Counted from the stretch's first letter, positions 26,627 through 40,536 are shown. The stretch is DNA of 64,000 bases from Octopus sinensis (GCF_006345805.1 NC_043006.1:94550001-94614000), one strand, 5' to 3'. A program made the numbers and translations. The notes: generated by a model not told the origin, from the letters alone.

Positions 26627-26990
26627 GACGACGACAACGATGAATACGATGACAACGACGACGACGATGATCATGATGATGATGATGAGGAGGAGGACGA
26701 CGATGATAAAGATGATGAGAATGATGATGAAGACAATGAGAGTGAGGATGATGATGATGAGGAGGATGAGAGTGATGACGATGATGATGATGAGGAGGGT
26801 GAGGATGAGTGTGATGACGATGATGATGATGATAATGAGGATGATGGTGATGATGATGGCGTCGACGACGACGATGACGACGATGATGCTGCTGCTGCTG
26901 ATGATGATGATGATGACGACAACAACGATGATGATGATGATAATGATGCTGCTGCTGATGATGATGATTCGGATGCTGCTGATGCAAAAT
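26627..26990. repeat. Degenerate (GAT/GAC/GAG)n trinucleotide tract
   Basis: Direct reading; open in all frames because of low complexity. Confidence 0.9.
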
Positions 26991-27235
26991 GAAGGCGATC
27001 GTCTGTTATTTTTGTTTACTGCAAAGATGAAAAGCAAATATTTTCGGCCCCTTCTGTGTGAAAAGTTTCAAAATGATTCCAAGAAAGAATGCTGAATCTG
27101 TATTTAACTCTTACCATATGTGAATAAATATTATATGTGTATACATGCGTGTGTATATTTATATGTAATATGATATAATATAATAAAATATAATATAATA
27201 TACTATATGATATATAAGGTATGTATATAATATAT

Positions 27236-27266
<31 letters not shown>

Positions 27267-27318
27267 CTATCTATATATATGTATATATATGTATGTATAT
27301 ATATATAATATATATATG

Positions 27319-27353
<35 letters not shown>

Positions 27354-27365
27354 AATATATATATG

Positions 27366-27396
<31 letters not shown>

Positions 27397-27587
27397 AAAA
27401 CAGATGCACAACACACACACATACACGCTCACACACATATTTATGTTGACAGAATGTGAGTGTACACGTGTGCGTATACGTATGTTTGTGTGTGTATATG
27501 CATGCGTCTGTCTGTAGGTGTGCGTGTTTATATCAAAACTTTAATTGATCAGCCATCGTTTTAGTAATGTGTGACTCGGCTTTCGAA

Positions 27588-28562
27588 GCTCTCAGTCATC
27601 AGTCAAGAACGAGATCATCTTCGCAATTTCGGCTGATTAATCTTGAGATTGCTCCAATCTGGGCAGCCCGCCAAGGGAAATCTAAGCCAATCGCATTAGA
27701 TTCCTTGGAAGAAAACCTCGAAAGTATACAACACAGTGACGGAAAAAACGGACGATGTTACTCGAAAAAAAATTCAAAAATACGTAAAAACAATAAAGAT
27801 AGCACGGATAAAAATACAAAATAACGTAAAAACAATCATAACAAAACCAGGACGTCAGGACAAGCGTCTTTCGACAGGACGAGGAGAGTATAGGCTGGCT
27901 GTGGAATAAGTGCCTGAAGGCAAACGGAGCACAAACACATACGTGTGGTCAAGCCAACTACTTGATGCGAAAGGCAGTGGTAGCTAGCTGGTCACGTGAG
28001 CACAAAAAGGAGAAAGGGACAGATGAAAGAGAAGCAGGAGAGGGAAAGGGACGTCAAGTGGGTATAAGGTCTGAGAGGCAGAGAAATGTGGGAGAGGAGG
28101 GACGGAGGAGGAGAGAAAGAAAGAGGGGGAACAAGGGAGGAGAAGAAAAAGAGGGAAAGAGACAGAACAAGGGGAGTGAAAAGGGTGAAGGCAGAGAAAA
28201 GTAGGAGAGGGGGGAAAAAGACAGTGTAGTCGAGTCGTACAATGTTAGAGAGTAATATACTTACAGTATAGGGTTAAAAGGTAGGATACGTAGCCACCAT
28301 GTATATAGGTAAACGTTAAAAAAACACAAACTGGGACAAGAACGTGAAACATTTTGAAGACGATAAAAAAACACACAGACGGGACTTTCGAAGCTCTCAG
28401 TCATCAGTCAAGAACGAGATCATCTTCGCAATTTCGGCTGATTAATCTTGAGATTGCTCCAATCTGGGCAGCCCGCCAAGGGAAATCTAAGCCAATCGCA
28501 TTAGATTCCTTGGAAGAAAACCTCGAAAGTATACAACACAGTGACGGAAAAAAACGGACGAT
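27588..28562 (+). repeat. Pair of ~175-bp near-identical direct repeats flanking a purine-rich spacer
   Basis: ctttcgaagctctcagtcatcag...cggacgatg at 27588-27756 and 28385-28562; related sequences near 37400, 51700 and 56700. Confidence 0.85.
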
Positions 28563-28599
28563 GATATATGTATATATATATGTATATATATATATATAT

Positions 28600-28915
28600 A
28601 TATATGTTTAAGTAGTTGAATGAATTATCCTAGTATGGATAATTCGGTTAACCGATACCCGGGTAGCAAATTTACGTCAGAAAGCACGGTTGAAGCTACA
28701 TGCCAAGGGCAGAAATCACGTGCTTTCGTGTGGAAATTTGTGTGTTTTTTTTACTATACATAAATGAAAGAATGGAGTCGAACGACGAGTTAACAAAATT
28801 CCTTTATTCTCGACATATGTTTCGAAGAGTGCATATTCTTAATTCCGAAGGAATAAAGGGTGCATTATGCCGTCTTCTCATCAGGAAAGACAAGGAACTT
28901 ATGTCAGCATCATGA
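28600..28915 (-). mobile_element. Dispersed HHR-bearing element (second copy at 58823-59130)
   Basis: About 300 bp of homology, in opposite orientation, to 58823-59130. Confidence 0.8.
28807..28889 (-). ncRNA. Canonical minimal type I hammerhead ribozyme
   Basis: UUUC-CUGAUGA-GAAGA...UCUUC-GAAAC-AUAU-GUC-GAGA; G10.1-C11.1 pair, palindromic ACAUAUGU stem III, GUC site. Confidence 0.8.
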
Positions 28916-30212
28916 CGAACAAAAACTTTTAGATGACTGCCCACACGGAGTCCATAATGATAATGAGTGTTTCTTTAAAATATTCCGTTATAAGCAGTGA
29001 CGTCAAAATTGGTTGGCTGGATAAGATTCTAAAAAGTTCAAGAGTTCAAAACTGGTTGGAAGGGGCAGGTTCTAAGAATAGGGGGTGACAGAGTGCAAGT
29101 CGTATGTATGGTGATGCGTTGTTGTTTGCTTTGCCAATGAGATTGAGTGCCTATGTGTGTGTATGTAAACCCTCCTTCTTCCCTTCTTTCCTGAGCGTCC
29201 AATAATACTATATTTGTTCCACGTCCTCGCGTTGTTGTGTTTTTTTCTGCTTTCTTGTTTGGATTAACTATATATATATATATATATATTTACACATACA
29301 TACATATATATATAAAGAGAGAGAGGTGGGTAAGACAAATACAATTACGTGAAATAAGATACGACAAAATTTCTTGATTTATTAACGTTATGCTTTCCAC
29401 TCTTAACAATTAAATGACAATCAAGGCAAGCTTCACTCTCGAAGTGGAAATATTTTCAAAATTCAGCATTCCTTCCTAAACCTACGCTCCATGAAGGAAA
29501 AGAGCAGGCTTCTCTTCTAATATTAAAAGACAGGAGATTACATTTGTTTCGAGCTCAAATGTCGTCATCTGTACGGCATATGTATATATATATGTATGTA
29601 CGTATGTATGCATGTATACATGTATCTATCTATCAATCAATCAAGATATCTATCTATATATCTATCTATCTATTTATCTGTTTAGCCAGTTTTCTAGCTT
29701 CGTAGATGGATAGCTGTATTAGTATAGACGTAGGTCTCATAGGCTAACTAGCCACTTATGTCATCACAGAAACAGCTGTAAGGCTTCATATTCACCTTAC
29801 CCTAATTAAATTATTCTAAATGACTTGAAACACACGTTCTGCCTTGGATTTGCTTTTCCCTCTAACATAATATAATTTCTGTGTGTATGTGTATATGTGT
29901 GCATGCATGTATGTATGTGTGTGTGTGTGTGTGTAAGTGCGTGTGTATATATGTATATGTGTATATTTCTACGTATGTATGTATACATGTTTGTATGCAC
30001 GCATGATTATGTGCAATATCTGTGCTTGTGTATGCGTGTGTATATGTGTGTGTGTGTGAGTGCGCGCGCATGTGTGAAAGAGCTTTGCTATGAACTGAAG
30101 TTCTTAATCATTGTGACTTACACTTGTTTCTATGCGTGTATAGGAGTAGAAATATGTTTATTCAATATGGTGACTTATATGTGCGAGCGAGTGTATATGT
30201 AGGAGATCTTCT

Positions 30213-30262
<50 letters not shown>

Positions 30263-30546
30263 TTTATTGGTAAATGAGCTTCTGTTTGTTCTTGTCATAT
30301 TTCAGTATGATCCAGTTATCGCTTTCTCGATCGAGAATTTTGTTTAAGAAACAGGTTTCTTTTGTGTGTCTTGGAAATGCCATAACATCTCACGGAGAGA
30401 AGAAAATACATTATTAACGTATTAGACAACATCAATAGAAGAAAAGGATAAAACCAAATTTATCAAAAATATATAAAATGCAGAAGCGTATGACGTAAAA
30501 AACACATGATGAAATAAACACACAGATAATTAAACGTAACACACAC

Positions 30547-30633
<87 letters not shown>

Positions 30634-30704
30634 GACACAGTCTACTGTTCCGTTACATATGTATATATATATATATATAGATAGATAGATAGATACATAG
30701 ATAA

Positions 30705-30786
<82 letters not shown>

Positions 30787-31438
30787 GGATGTATGATAGT
30801 TATGTATGAATGTGTGGTTTGCCACCGGGTTCGAGTGAAGCCATCTTTCTTTCACAAATCTTATGCGTTTCTAATTTATAGATTAATGCACTAGTGTACA
30901 CACACACACGCACGGACGCACAAACACAGAGTTATATGTTCTGTCAGCAACATCAATATCGGAGACAACAACGGTGGGGATAATGATGATGATGATGATG
31001 ATCATGACGATGATAAGAGCTATGATGATGGTAATGATAACGATGACAACGATGATGATGCTGAAGAAGAAGAAGAAGATGATGATGATGATGATGATGA
31101 TGATGACGACGATGATGGTGAGGACGACGATGATGATGACGATGATGATGATGATGGAATACCTGACATCTAATATTATGAGCGATTAACGAGAGGAGAT
31201 GAGACGATAAGATTTTCGACAATTTCCACACTCGGTGGCCTCCGTGTATTCACACGTTTTAGGCAGACCTTAGAATTGTGTGTGAACATAAATGCCTTCA
31301 CTGTACTGCACTCTATACATATATGCATGTGTTTGTATGTATGCATGGATATATCATGTATGCATATATGCTTTTTCGTATGTATATATATGTATTTATG
31401 TGTGCATATATATACATATGAATGTGTGAATGTGTATA

Positions 31439-31499
<61 letters not shown>

Positions 31500-31895
31500 G
31501 TAAATATGTGTATGTATGTTTGTAGGATGTACACATGTTTGTATTAAGTATACGTGTATGCATTATGTATGTATAAATATGTTTGTATGTATATATATAT
31601 GTGTGTGTGTGTGTGTGTGATGTGTGTGTATGCATGCGTGTGTGTATGCATGTGTGTGCTTGTATGTATATCCATAAGTGTGGTTTGTACGAATGCGTGT
31701 GTTCGTGTATATCTATGTGTGCATGTCTGTGTGTATGTGCATATAGTTGTATGCTAATGTGTCTGTGCTTGTATTTGAGTGATTTTAATGGTGGCTGATT
31801 TTGTGTTATAATTTCTTGCTCCATTTCACTATATACTCATACACACACACTCACACAACCACTGGTGGTGGTGGTGGTGGTGGTGCTGCTACTAG

Positions 31896-32031
<136 letters not shown>

Positions 32032-32410
32032 ACACCACTACTACTACTGCATTCTTTCAGACTTCAGTCATTCTGAACTTCATAACCCGCAGTTTGTTTA
32101 TCTTCTTTTAGACGGTAAGCTGTGATTTTGAGTGTTTTTGAGTGGCATTTTGTTATCATTTCTGGTAGAGAGAATGACACTTCGAAGGATATCTTCTTGA
32201 ACTGTGAGTTTGTTACTGGTATTTAGCCCTGGTCAGCTATGAGGCATGATCCTGAAATACATTGATTAAAACATGGAAAATCTATAGTCGCGTAGTTGTT
32301 GATAAATACATTACGTTGGTAAGTATATACGCAGATTACGAGACATACATTACATATTTAAATATATACATACATGCATCATACATTTTTCAGCTCTTGA
32401 AAATAAATGA

Positions 32411-33680
32411 TCAGATCATCCCATAAGTTCTGTCCGAATTTGAATAGAGAAAAGAAGTGATGAATCGTTATATTTAATTGAAATGTAATCATCAATGTAC
32501 TTTCCCTGATTATCTATGACTTACTTCCATCTATTTACAAGCTTTTAAATCCCATCAATGTAAAAGTCTTTTGGTTTCAAAGCGAAGAACTCCGAAATAT
32601 CAGTTTAGACCTCCTCCTGGCTTCGAAAGTTATGCCCCCCCCCCCAAATGATTCTGTAAACTACGAAACAAAAGGTAGTCTGAAGGAGCAAAGTCGGGAG
32701 AATAAGGTAGATGAGGAACTTTTTCGCAACCAAGCTCTTCGATCTTCTGTGACGTGATCTTTGCAGTGTGGGGTCGCGCATTGTCCTGATGAAACATCAC
32801 TCCGTTTCGATTCACTAAAGTGGGTCTTTTTTTTTCTTCAAAGCTTGGTTCAAATGCTCTAATTGCTGACAGTAGACTTAAGCATTGATTGTTGCATTAG
32901 GTGGTAACAAATCAAAGTGAATTACTCCTTTGCAATCTCACCAGATAGGGAGAAGAACCTTTTTTCCATGAAGTTCCCTTCTTGGTTGTGCTTGAGCTTT
33001 TTCCTTTTGACCAAGCCACTGTTTACGACGTTTAACATTTCGATAGAAGATCCATTTTTCGTCACCAGTCACAAATCTATCCAAAAAGGGTGAAATGAGT
33101 TCGCGAGAATGGAGAGAAGAGCAGATGTCAACTCGGGATTTGCGGTTGCTTTCGGACAATTAGTGAGGCACCAATTTTCCAAGTTTAGGAAGCTTTCCAA
33201 GTTTAGGAACCTTTCCAAGATGTTGAAGGTGATGATGAACAGTTGTGTGGTTTGAACTAAGCTTTATTGCCAATTCTTCCACTGATAATGCAAGATTTTC
33301 TTCCTTTCCTCAAGGAGCTTATCATCAAACTCATTTGGACGTCCTGTTCGATCTTCAAGGCTGAAATTTCCACTTCTGAAATTTGCAAACCATCTTCTGC
33401 AAGTTCTTTCATTCTTCGAGTCGCTTCGGCTGCAGAGTTTCCTTTTTTGTACTCATGAAGCATTTTGTGCCTCAAATGCTCTTTAGATACTTCCATGTTA
33501 GAAAGGGCTTTTATCAAAGAAATTTTAATTCTACAATTCTGTAAAATAATATTTAATTAGTTTAAATGTACACAAATGCATAAAAATAATTTTTAATTCC
33601 ATTAGACATTCTGAAATATTATTAAATTTCATTCAAATTTAAAAGAAGTAAAATCGGACAGAACTTATGGGATGGCCTGA
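32411..33680 (-). mobile_element. Full-length decayed mariner (DD34D) transposon
   Basis: ~30-bp TIRs (catcccataagttctgtccga) 1.27 kb apart, TA at 33681-33682; motifs HLRH.MLHEY, VTGDEKW, HQDNARPH...YSPDFAPSDY with D34D spacing; frameshifts. Confidence 0.93.
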
Positions 33681-33682
33681 TA

Positions 33683-34400
33683 TATTGAAGCATCCCCCTC
33701 CAACCGAACATGCTTTGGTTTTTCTCAGACGAGAAAAATTTCCGCTAAGATCAGATGTTGAACACACAGAACAACCGAGAATGATACAAATCAAACACCC
33801 AGTCGACGTTATAGTGTTTGGAGTTATCACTAGTGATGGTGAGGTTATGCTGCCATTCATCTTCCCACATGGCCTCAGACTCAACACGGAGGCCTACATC
33901 AAGTGACTGGAAGAGGTAGTGCTGCCCTGAGTCAAGAGGGTAGCTGCTGGAAGACCCTATGTCTGGCAACAAGACTCTGTACTATTCCACACAAGCAGGA
34001 GAATCCAATCCTGGCTGTCAGATAATTTCTGCGACCACATCAGCCCTAATCTCTGGCCACCTAACTCCCCAGACCTCAACCCCTTTGATTATTATGTGTG
34101 GGGTGCATTTGACCGAAAGACTAACAACAAAACTCCGCGTAACATCAAAGATGAACTGAAGGCAAGGATTATGGCAGCATTCACCAACATAAAGGAGACT
34201 GTCTAGAAGAGTTACAGGCGATTCGAAAGTCGTCTGGACGACTTTATTATAGCCAATGGTGATTTTATTGAATAAATCTACTCTTTAGTATTTGAAGATA
34301 TTTTTTATCTAATTTTGGTAATTATACCTGATAAAATAAGATGTCAGTACTATTTCCATTTTGGCGTAATTTAGATGACAATTTATTCATCGCACCCTGT
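33683..34400 (+). mobile_element. maT/DD37D transposon 3' half
   Basis: FSDEKNF, WQQDS...WPPNSPDLNPFDY with 37 residues between D2 and D3; ends gcaccctg-TA. Confidence 0.88.
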
Positions 34401-34441
34401 ATATATATATATATATATAATATATATAGTAAAGCGAGTAG

Positions 34442-34907
34442 CCACGTCACATTGGCAGTTAAATGTCACCACTAGTTTAACCCCAGGCAGATTCTCCGCC
34501 AGCTGGTTTTCGTTGCAGCGTTCTACACCCTTTATATATAATACATCGCTAGCAGGGGGAGCGAACTCCTACCTCTCTCCAGCAGCTAACAGGATCCCAG
34601 AACTGGCCCAATTTCGAGCTATTTGACGAATCCTCAGCTGCGCAAACCTGCTCCTTGGAGTGATAGCTAAGGTCCGCTTCTGCCATCGATATATCGTAAA
34701 TAAAGTGACCATCGGACATTAATTTGTATCAAGGAAAGTAACTAGTCGTAAAATCTTAAGAAAGAATAAAGTAGTCACATATGATATAGAGGAAAGTGAG
34801 TGATGTATTGTATATAAAGAGTGCAGGGTGTTGCACCGAAAACCAGCTGGCGGAGAATCTGCCTGGGGTTAAACGAGATGTAACATTCAACTGCCATTTT
34901 GATGTGG
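34442..34907. mobile_element. TIR mini-element, TTAA-flanked (piggyBac-like MITE) within a longer imperfect inverted repeat
   Basis: TTAA-ccccaggcagattctccgccagctggttttcg (32 bp perfect) mirrored at 34837-34872; weaker symmetry continues outside the TTAA sites. Confidence 0.7.
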
Positions 34908-35064
34908 AGATTCACCATACTGTTTAGTATACGTTACTACTCTATCCTTGAAATTGTATAACTAGTTATATATGTATATATATATGTGTGTGTGTGCGTG
35001 TGTCTGTGTGTGTGTTTGTGTGTGTATGTGTTTGTGTGTGTGTGTTTGTGTGTGTATGTGTGTT

Positions 35065-35320
35065 CGAAGGCACGTAGCTTAGTGGTTGGGGCAATCGGCT
35101 CACGATCGTAAGGTCGTGGGTTCAATTCCCGGCGACGCGTTGCGTCCGTCAGCAAGACACTTTATTTCTCGTTTCAAAAATGAGTAGTTCCTGTATTTCA
35201 AAGAGGCCAGCCTTGTCACACTCTGTATCATGCTGAATCTCCCTGAGAACTACGTTAAATTTACAAGTGTCTGTGGAATGCTCAGCCACTTGCACGTTAA
35301 TTTCACAAGCAAGCTGTTCC
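35065..35320 (+). mobile_element. tRNA-derived SINE, family C
   Basis: A-box-like tagcttagtgg and B-box gggttcaattcc; body shared with 52835-53195. Confidence 0.75.
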
Positions 35321-35470
35321 CTTTATACACACACACACACACATACACACACACGCACACACACACACACATACATATATAGTTGAAATTTACAGAAAAA
35401 CAAAAGACGAAGATAGGTCTATGGACATCAAGCAGGTGTATTTGTTTGACGCTTGGGAAAGTGAGAAAGT

Positions 35471-35506
35471 CTTTTATATTTTGAGCCTAGGCTCTTCAAC
35501 AGAAAC
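35471..35506 (-). ncRNA. Decayed hammerhead-like motif, CUGUUGA variant
   Basis: CUGUUGA-A-GAGC-CUAG-GCUC-AAAAU-AUA-AAAG; same family as 8756. Confidence 0.4.
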
Positions 35507-36654
35507 AGATAAGAGAAAATAAACAGAGAAAGAATATACAAAAACGTGTGGATTTAGCGATCAAATATGGCGACAGGTTAAATATGATCTATTGATAGAT
35601 TCTTGCTATGATGACACTAATAGGTTCTTGTTAGGCAAGTTATAAAAACCTTCACTAGCCACGTATTTTCATTGCAAAGACCTATCAGTAGATATTACTT
35701 AATATAATGTATATTAAATGATATCTAACTCACACAGGTTGGCGTAGTTATAGTTTTGTTAATTTTACCATAAGGAAACAGTAAATTATTATATATAAAA
35801 GAGGAGGAGACACGTGGGATGGAAGAGTCACTGAAGAGGTCACACACATGCACGAATACACACGCACACACATGCGCGCAAACAAACAAACACACATACA
35901 CACATACACATGCACCTACATATAGCTTCGGGAATGTATAATGCTATATTTTCTCTTCATTCTTACTACCATCTTGAACAAGCCATTTGACTATAATTCA
36001 CTGATGAGTTTTAAAAAGGAGGAAACATAGAAATATATCCTAACTTTATCTTGATACTAAGATACGATTAAATTCCTGGCTTCATTCTATTTTTAAAGAA
36101 TCTTAATTAATTAAAATTCCTGGGATTGCTTCGTCTGCCTTTCTTCACCACATTTAATCATTGAAATTATGATTGTCTCTCTTTATTATATAATGCTTTA
36201 ATAAGTTTCGTCTGATGGAAAGAACTGAGTCGATGGTCTTCGGATGCCCGCTGAGACTGCCAAGATTGAAGCCAAGATAATTTTAGTTAATTAAAATTTC
36301 TAACTACATTATATTAATTATCTTAACGTCCACTTCACTATCGCGTGTTTTGTTTAAAGTCTGCAATAATTCTACAGAAAGGCAAACTCGGTGAGATTTC
36401 GACACTGATGCATGGCACTGTAGTAATTTCTAAGATTTATAGGAACAGCAGCAATTTCGTCGAATTCTGACATTCCAATACCTTTATTTTTACCATTTAT
36501 TTCATTTCGTTTTTGTTTTATTTCTTTCGCATAGAATGAACTGAAGTTTATAAACGTGGCATTAAAAAATGCATTTGAATGGTTAGCAGGCTGGCATTAA
36601 TGGAATGACGAAATCTGTTCAAGATTTGAAAATACCAGTGGAGTTGATGTTTGG

Positions 36655-37000
36655 TTGTATGTATGTATGTATGTATGCAGGTATGTATGTATGTATGTAT
36701 GTATGTATGTATGTATGTATGTATGTATGTATGTACGTATGTATGTATGTATGTATGTATGTGTGCAGGTATTTATGTATGTATGTATGTATGTCTGTAT
36801 GTATGTATGCAGGTATGTATGTTATGTATGTCTGTCTGTATGTATGCAGGTATGTATGTATGTATGTATGTATGTATGTATGTATGTATGTATGTATGTA
36901 TGTATGTATGTATGCAGGTATGTATGTATGCAGGTATGTATGTATGTCTGTATGTATGTATTTATGTTTGTATGTATATGTGTATTTATTTATGCATGTA
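36655..37000. repeat. (TATG)n microsatellite
   Basis: Direct reading. Confidence 0.95.
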
Positions 37001-37224
37001 TGTAGTGTATATACATATACAATTAAATAAAGCAATCTGCAAAAGTGCATTCATTTTTTGTGGCACAAATGTCATTTATTTTAATGCTTTATAGATACAT
37101 TCATCAACACACTCGCACACTCATACATCCACACACACACGCAAATTTATATGCGCCTTTGTGTCTGTAGGAATGTGTTCATATAGACACATACACATAC
37201 ATACACAGACGCAATCTCTCTCTG

Positions 37225-37256
<32 letters not shown>

Positions 37257-37257
37257 C

Positions 37258-37298
<41 letters not shown>

Positions 37299-37620
37299 CA
37301 CACATACATATATATATAAATGGAACAAAAACACAATAGAGGGCATTAAAACATTTCGACAAGTAAACGATACAAAGGCAGACAGGAGAAACAACTATTA
37401 GAAGGACATGCAAAACAAAAAGACGGGTTATTCGTGACTTTCTTTCCTCAGTCAAGTTCCAGAAGTCACGACCATTTCGGGCAGTTACACTTGAGATATT
37501 TGGATCTTGTTGCGCCCTCCCCAATGTCTAAGCTAAGAGCATTAAACCCCTTTGTAAGAAATCTAGCGAATATGTACGGAAAAAAGACAAAAACATATAT
37601 ATATATATACATACATACAC

Positions 37621-37696
<76 letters not shown>

Positions 37697-37999
37697 TATG
37701 TGTATATATAATTAATAATATCAGAGTAATAAAGATTATAGAAAGTATTATTACCAGTGGCCTAGCGTACAGAAAAATTTGTCAATAGACTAGATATTCT
37801 TCATATAAAATACAGTGTATATTTAAACACATTAAGAGGTTTCCAACACAGGAATCCCTTACGCTAGAAAGAACAGCTAAAGTCCAAACCCCTAATTAGG
37901 GATAAATTCTCGAAGGGAATGAAACAATAAAAACATTTACCATCTATTTCCTGGACCATGGTTTCTTACTTATTTTAGCAAATAAAATAATTTGCTAGG

Positions 38000-38820
38000 C
38001 GAAGTCTTCGTCAACAGGTACGCCAAGATTAAACATATTTAACATTCTGAGGAAATAAATTCACGAAATATAAAAAGCAACCTAAATCACTGAAAAGAAT
38101 ACTGAAAAATGCAAAGTTATACACAACAACCTCGAAACCAATGGTTAAAAAGTGTGGACGCGGAACATACCCCAACCTACTGAAAGGCTCAGAATTCCAA
38201 TTCAAACAAGGAGGGATGTTCACAATGAAAACTAACTTCACCTGCGTATCCGAGAACTTAATTTATGTTATAAATTGTTCAGATGGTGGACCCAACTATA
38301 TAGGGCAGACAAGTATGTCACCTAGTCGGACAACCATACTACATAAGGAACAGAGGTATTTCCAAAGGCATAGACAGATAACTTTGAATAAACGCAAAGA
38401 GACGTGTGCCGGGAATCTCCAACCAAATTTCCGTTACCCCATCTACCAGTGCAAAGAAACAATTTCTGTACAGAACGTTTAAATAAAGAAAAAATATTTA
38501 TCGAAAAATACAGAACACACTTAAATATGAACGCAGAACCAACTTTTGTCTGAGTATGTATTTTAATTTATGATCACATATCCAATATTGTAAATATTTC
38601 ATCTCACTACTTTAGCTCATTAATTTTTGTATGGTTATTTATCCCACCCAAACAATGAGAAATCACATCTCCTATCACCAATTACACCCGCTTATATTTC
38701 TCTACTTGATGATTCATTCACAATCTTTCATACAATAACATGGACTAAAATCTTCTAAAAAAATACGAAATCACGATTATTTCAATGTCCTGATCAGCGA
38801 AAGCAGAACCGGTCGACAGC
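38000..38820 (+). mobile_element. Neptune-like PLE 3' remnant (GIY-YIG) with decayed HHR
   Basis: KQGGMFTMKTNFTCVSENLIYVINC...NYIGQT, homologous to the 13.2-14.3 kb ORF; UGUC-CUGAU..GC-GAAA-GC-A-GAAC-CG-GUC-GACA at 38786-38818. Confidence 0.8.
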
Positions 38821-40309
38821 CATAATAGTCTTCCATTTAAAATATATTAAAACTATGTCAAGTGTGTGAATTTTACTTCTTAAATATACGTATATATATA
38901 TATGCAAGCACATTTATACATATACACTTATACATACAAACAGGCAGAGACATACTCACACACAAAATACCACAAATGAAGTGTTTTGAGTTATACGAAT
39001 TTATTTTTCTTTGAATTTTGCTGGAATGTTTGTGCAGTTGGGAATTGAAAAAAACAACAAATACTTCAAACTAAACTCCCGCATTATATAGGAAATATTT
39101 AAACAAACTCGCATGCTTACACACACGCATACATAAATCCATCAATACACACACACGCACACACACATATATATATATATATATATACAAACGCTCCAAA
39201 CACACACTCTCCCCCCACATATATCTATGTATATACGCAATCACAAGCGTATGTTCACATATGTTCTTATACAAGCAACTCGCAGACACAACCATATACA
39301 TATAAGGAACCACAGATTAAACATACGCACATTCTACACACTTCGTACATATCTGTGTGCAAATACACACAGCACACACATATATGTGAGTGTGTATGTG
39401 TATAAACATTCATCACCCACATGCATATATATATGTGTGTGTGTGTGTGTGCGTACGCACACACATATATAATGCGAGGCCTATATAATTTTGTGTTTGT
39501 GTAAACAAAAAACATCCGGTAATGCATAGATGGAACTTAAAGAAACTATATTTACGTATGCATCAGTAAGCACTAACGAGTCAGCTGCATGTGCAATGTT
39601 TTGCTTTAGAACTCTTCAATGGCGCTCTTACTGTTTTGTCTTCTATGATATTCTTAGTGGAAAAAAGCTTTTGTATGGTTGACATCTGCTTGTTTGTGTA
39701 GAGTGCAGGATGGAGGAGTCGATATCTTGATTGACCTATATATGTGCATGATTTTATACATACATACATACATACATATATATATATATATGCATACATA
39801 AATATACATAAGTATATATATATATACATATATGTATATATATATACATATAAACACGTATATGTATGTATATTCATATAAAGGTGTATATACATAGACA
39901 CACACACACATATATACATGTATATATGTATGCACATATATAAACACATGTACACACATATATGTAATATATACAAGCAAACACACGCACATATACACAT
40001 ACATACATACGTACATACATACATACATACATACATACATACATGCATACATACATACATAAATACATACATACGTTATTTCTTGCGAAGAAAATGATGA
40101 TAATGACCTCATTGCCATCAAATAACGGCAAGCCGGTCGAGACTTGGAAGTCACAGTGAAACATTCCTCGTAAAATGTGTTTAATACGTTATCTACTAAA
40201 ATTAGGAAGTAAGTTGTATTATATTCATAAATTTACTTAAAGCAAATATTAATATTGATATAAATTTACATATACATATATGTGTATATTTATATGTATG
40301 TGTGTGTGT

Positions 40310-40536
40310 GCCCGTGTGGTAAGTAGCTTGCTTCCCATCCACAAGGCTCCGGGTTCAGTCCCACTTTGTGGTACCTTGGGTGTCTTCTAATATATCGTCG
40401 GGCCGACCAAAGCCTTGTGAGTGGATTTGTTAGACGGAAACAACTGAAAGACACCCGTACGGTTCAGTTCAGTCTATTATCACAAAAGATTCGGGTATGA
40501 GACGTGTCTGCCACATGTGTGTGTGTGTGTGTGTGT

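Noticed and set aside
26534-27095. Long poly-Asp / poly-His / poly-Met ORFs
   Set aside because: Degenerate (GAT)n tract open in all frames, with no flanking coding signal; similar tracts occur at 30970-31155 and 60400-60900
27575-27610. Hammerhead in the 175-bp direct repeats and relatives (37420, 56770)
   Set aside because: CUGANGA is present, but there is no stem I partner, stem III is poor, and relatives read GAAU rather than GAAA
39540-40142. Two candidate minus-strand exons (40075-40142 and from 39735)
   Set aside because: The donor GTATGT is part of the microsatellite, the second acceptor lacks a pyrimidine tract, and the peptide is unrecognisable
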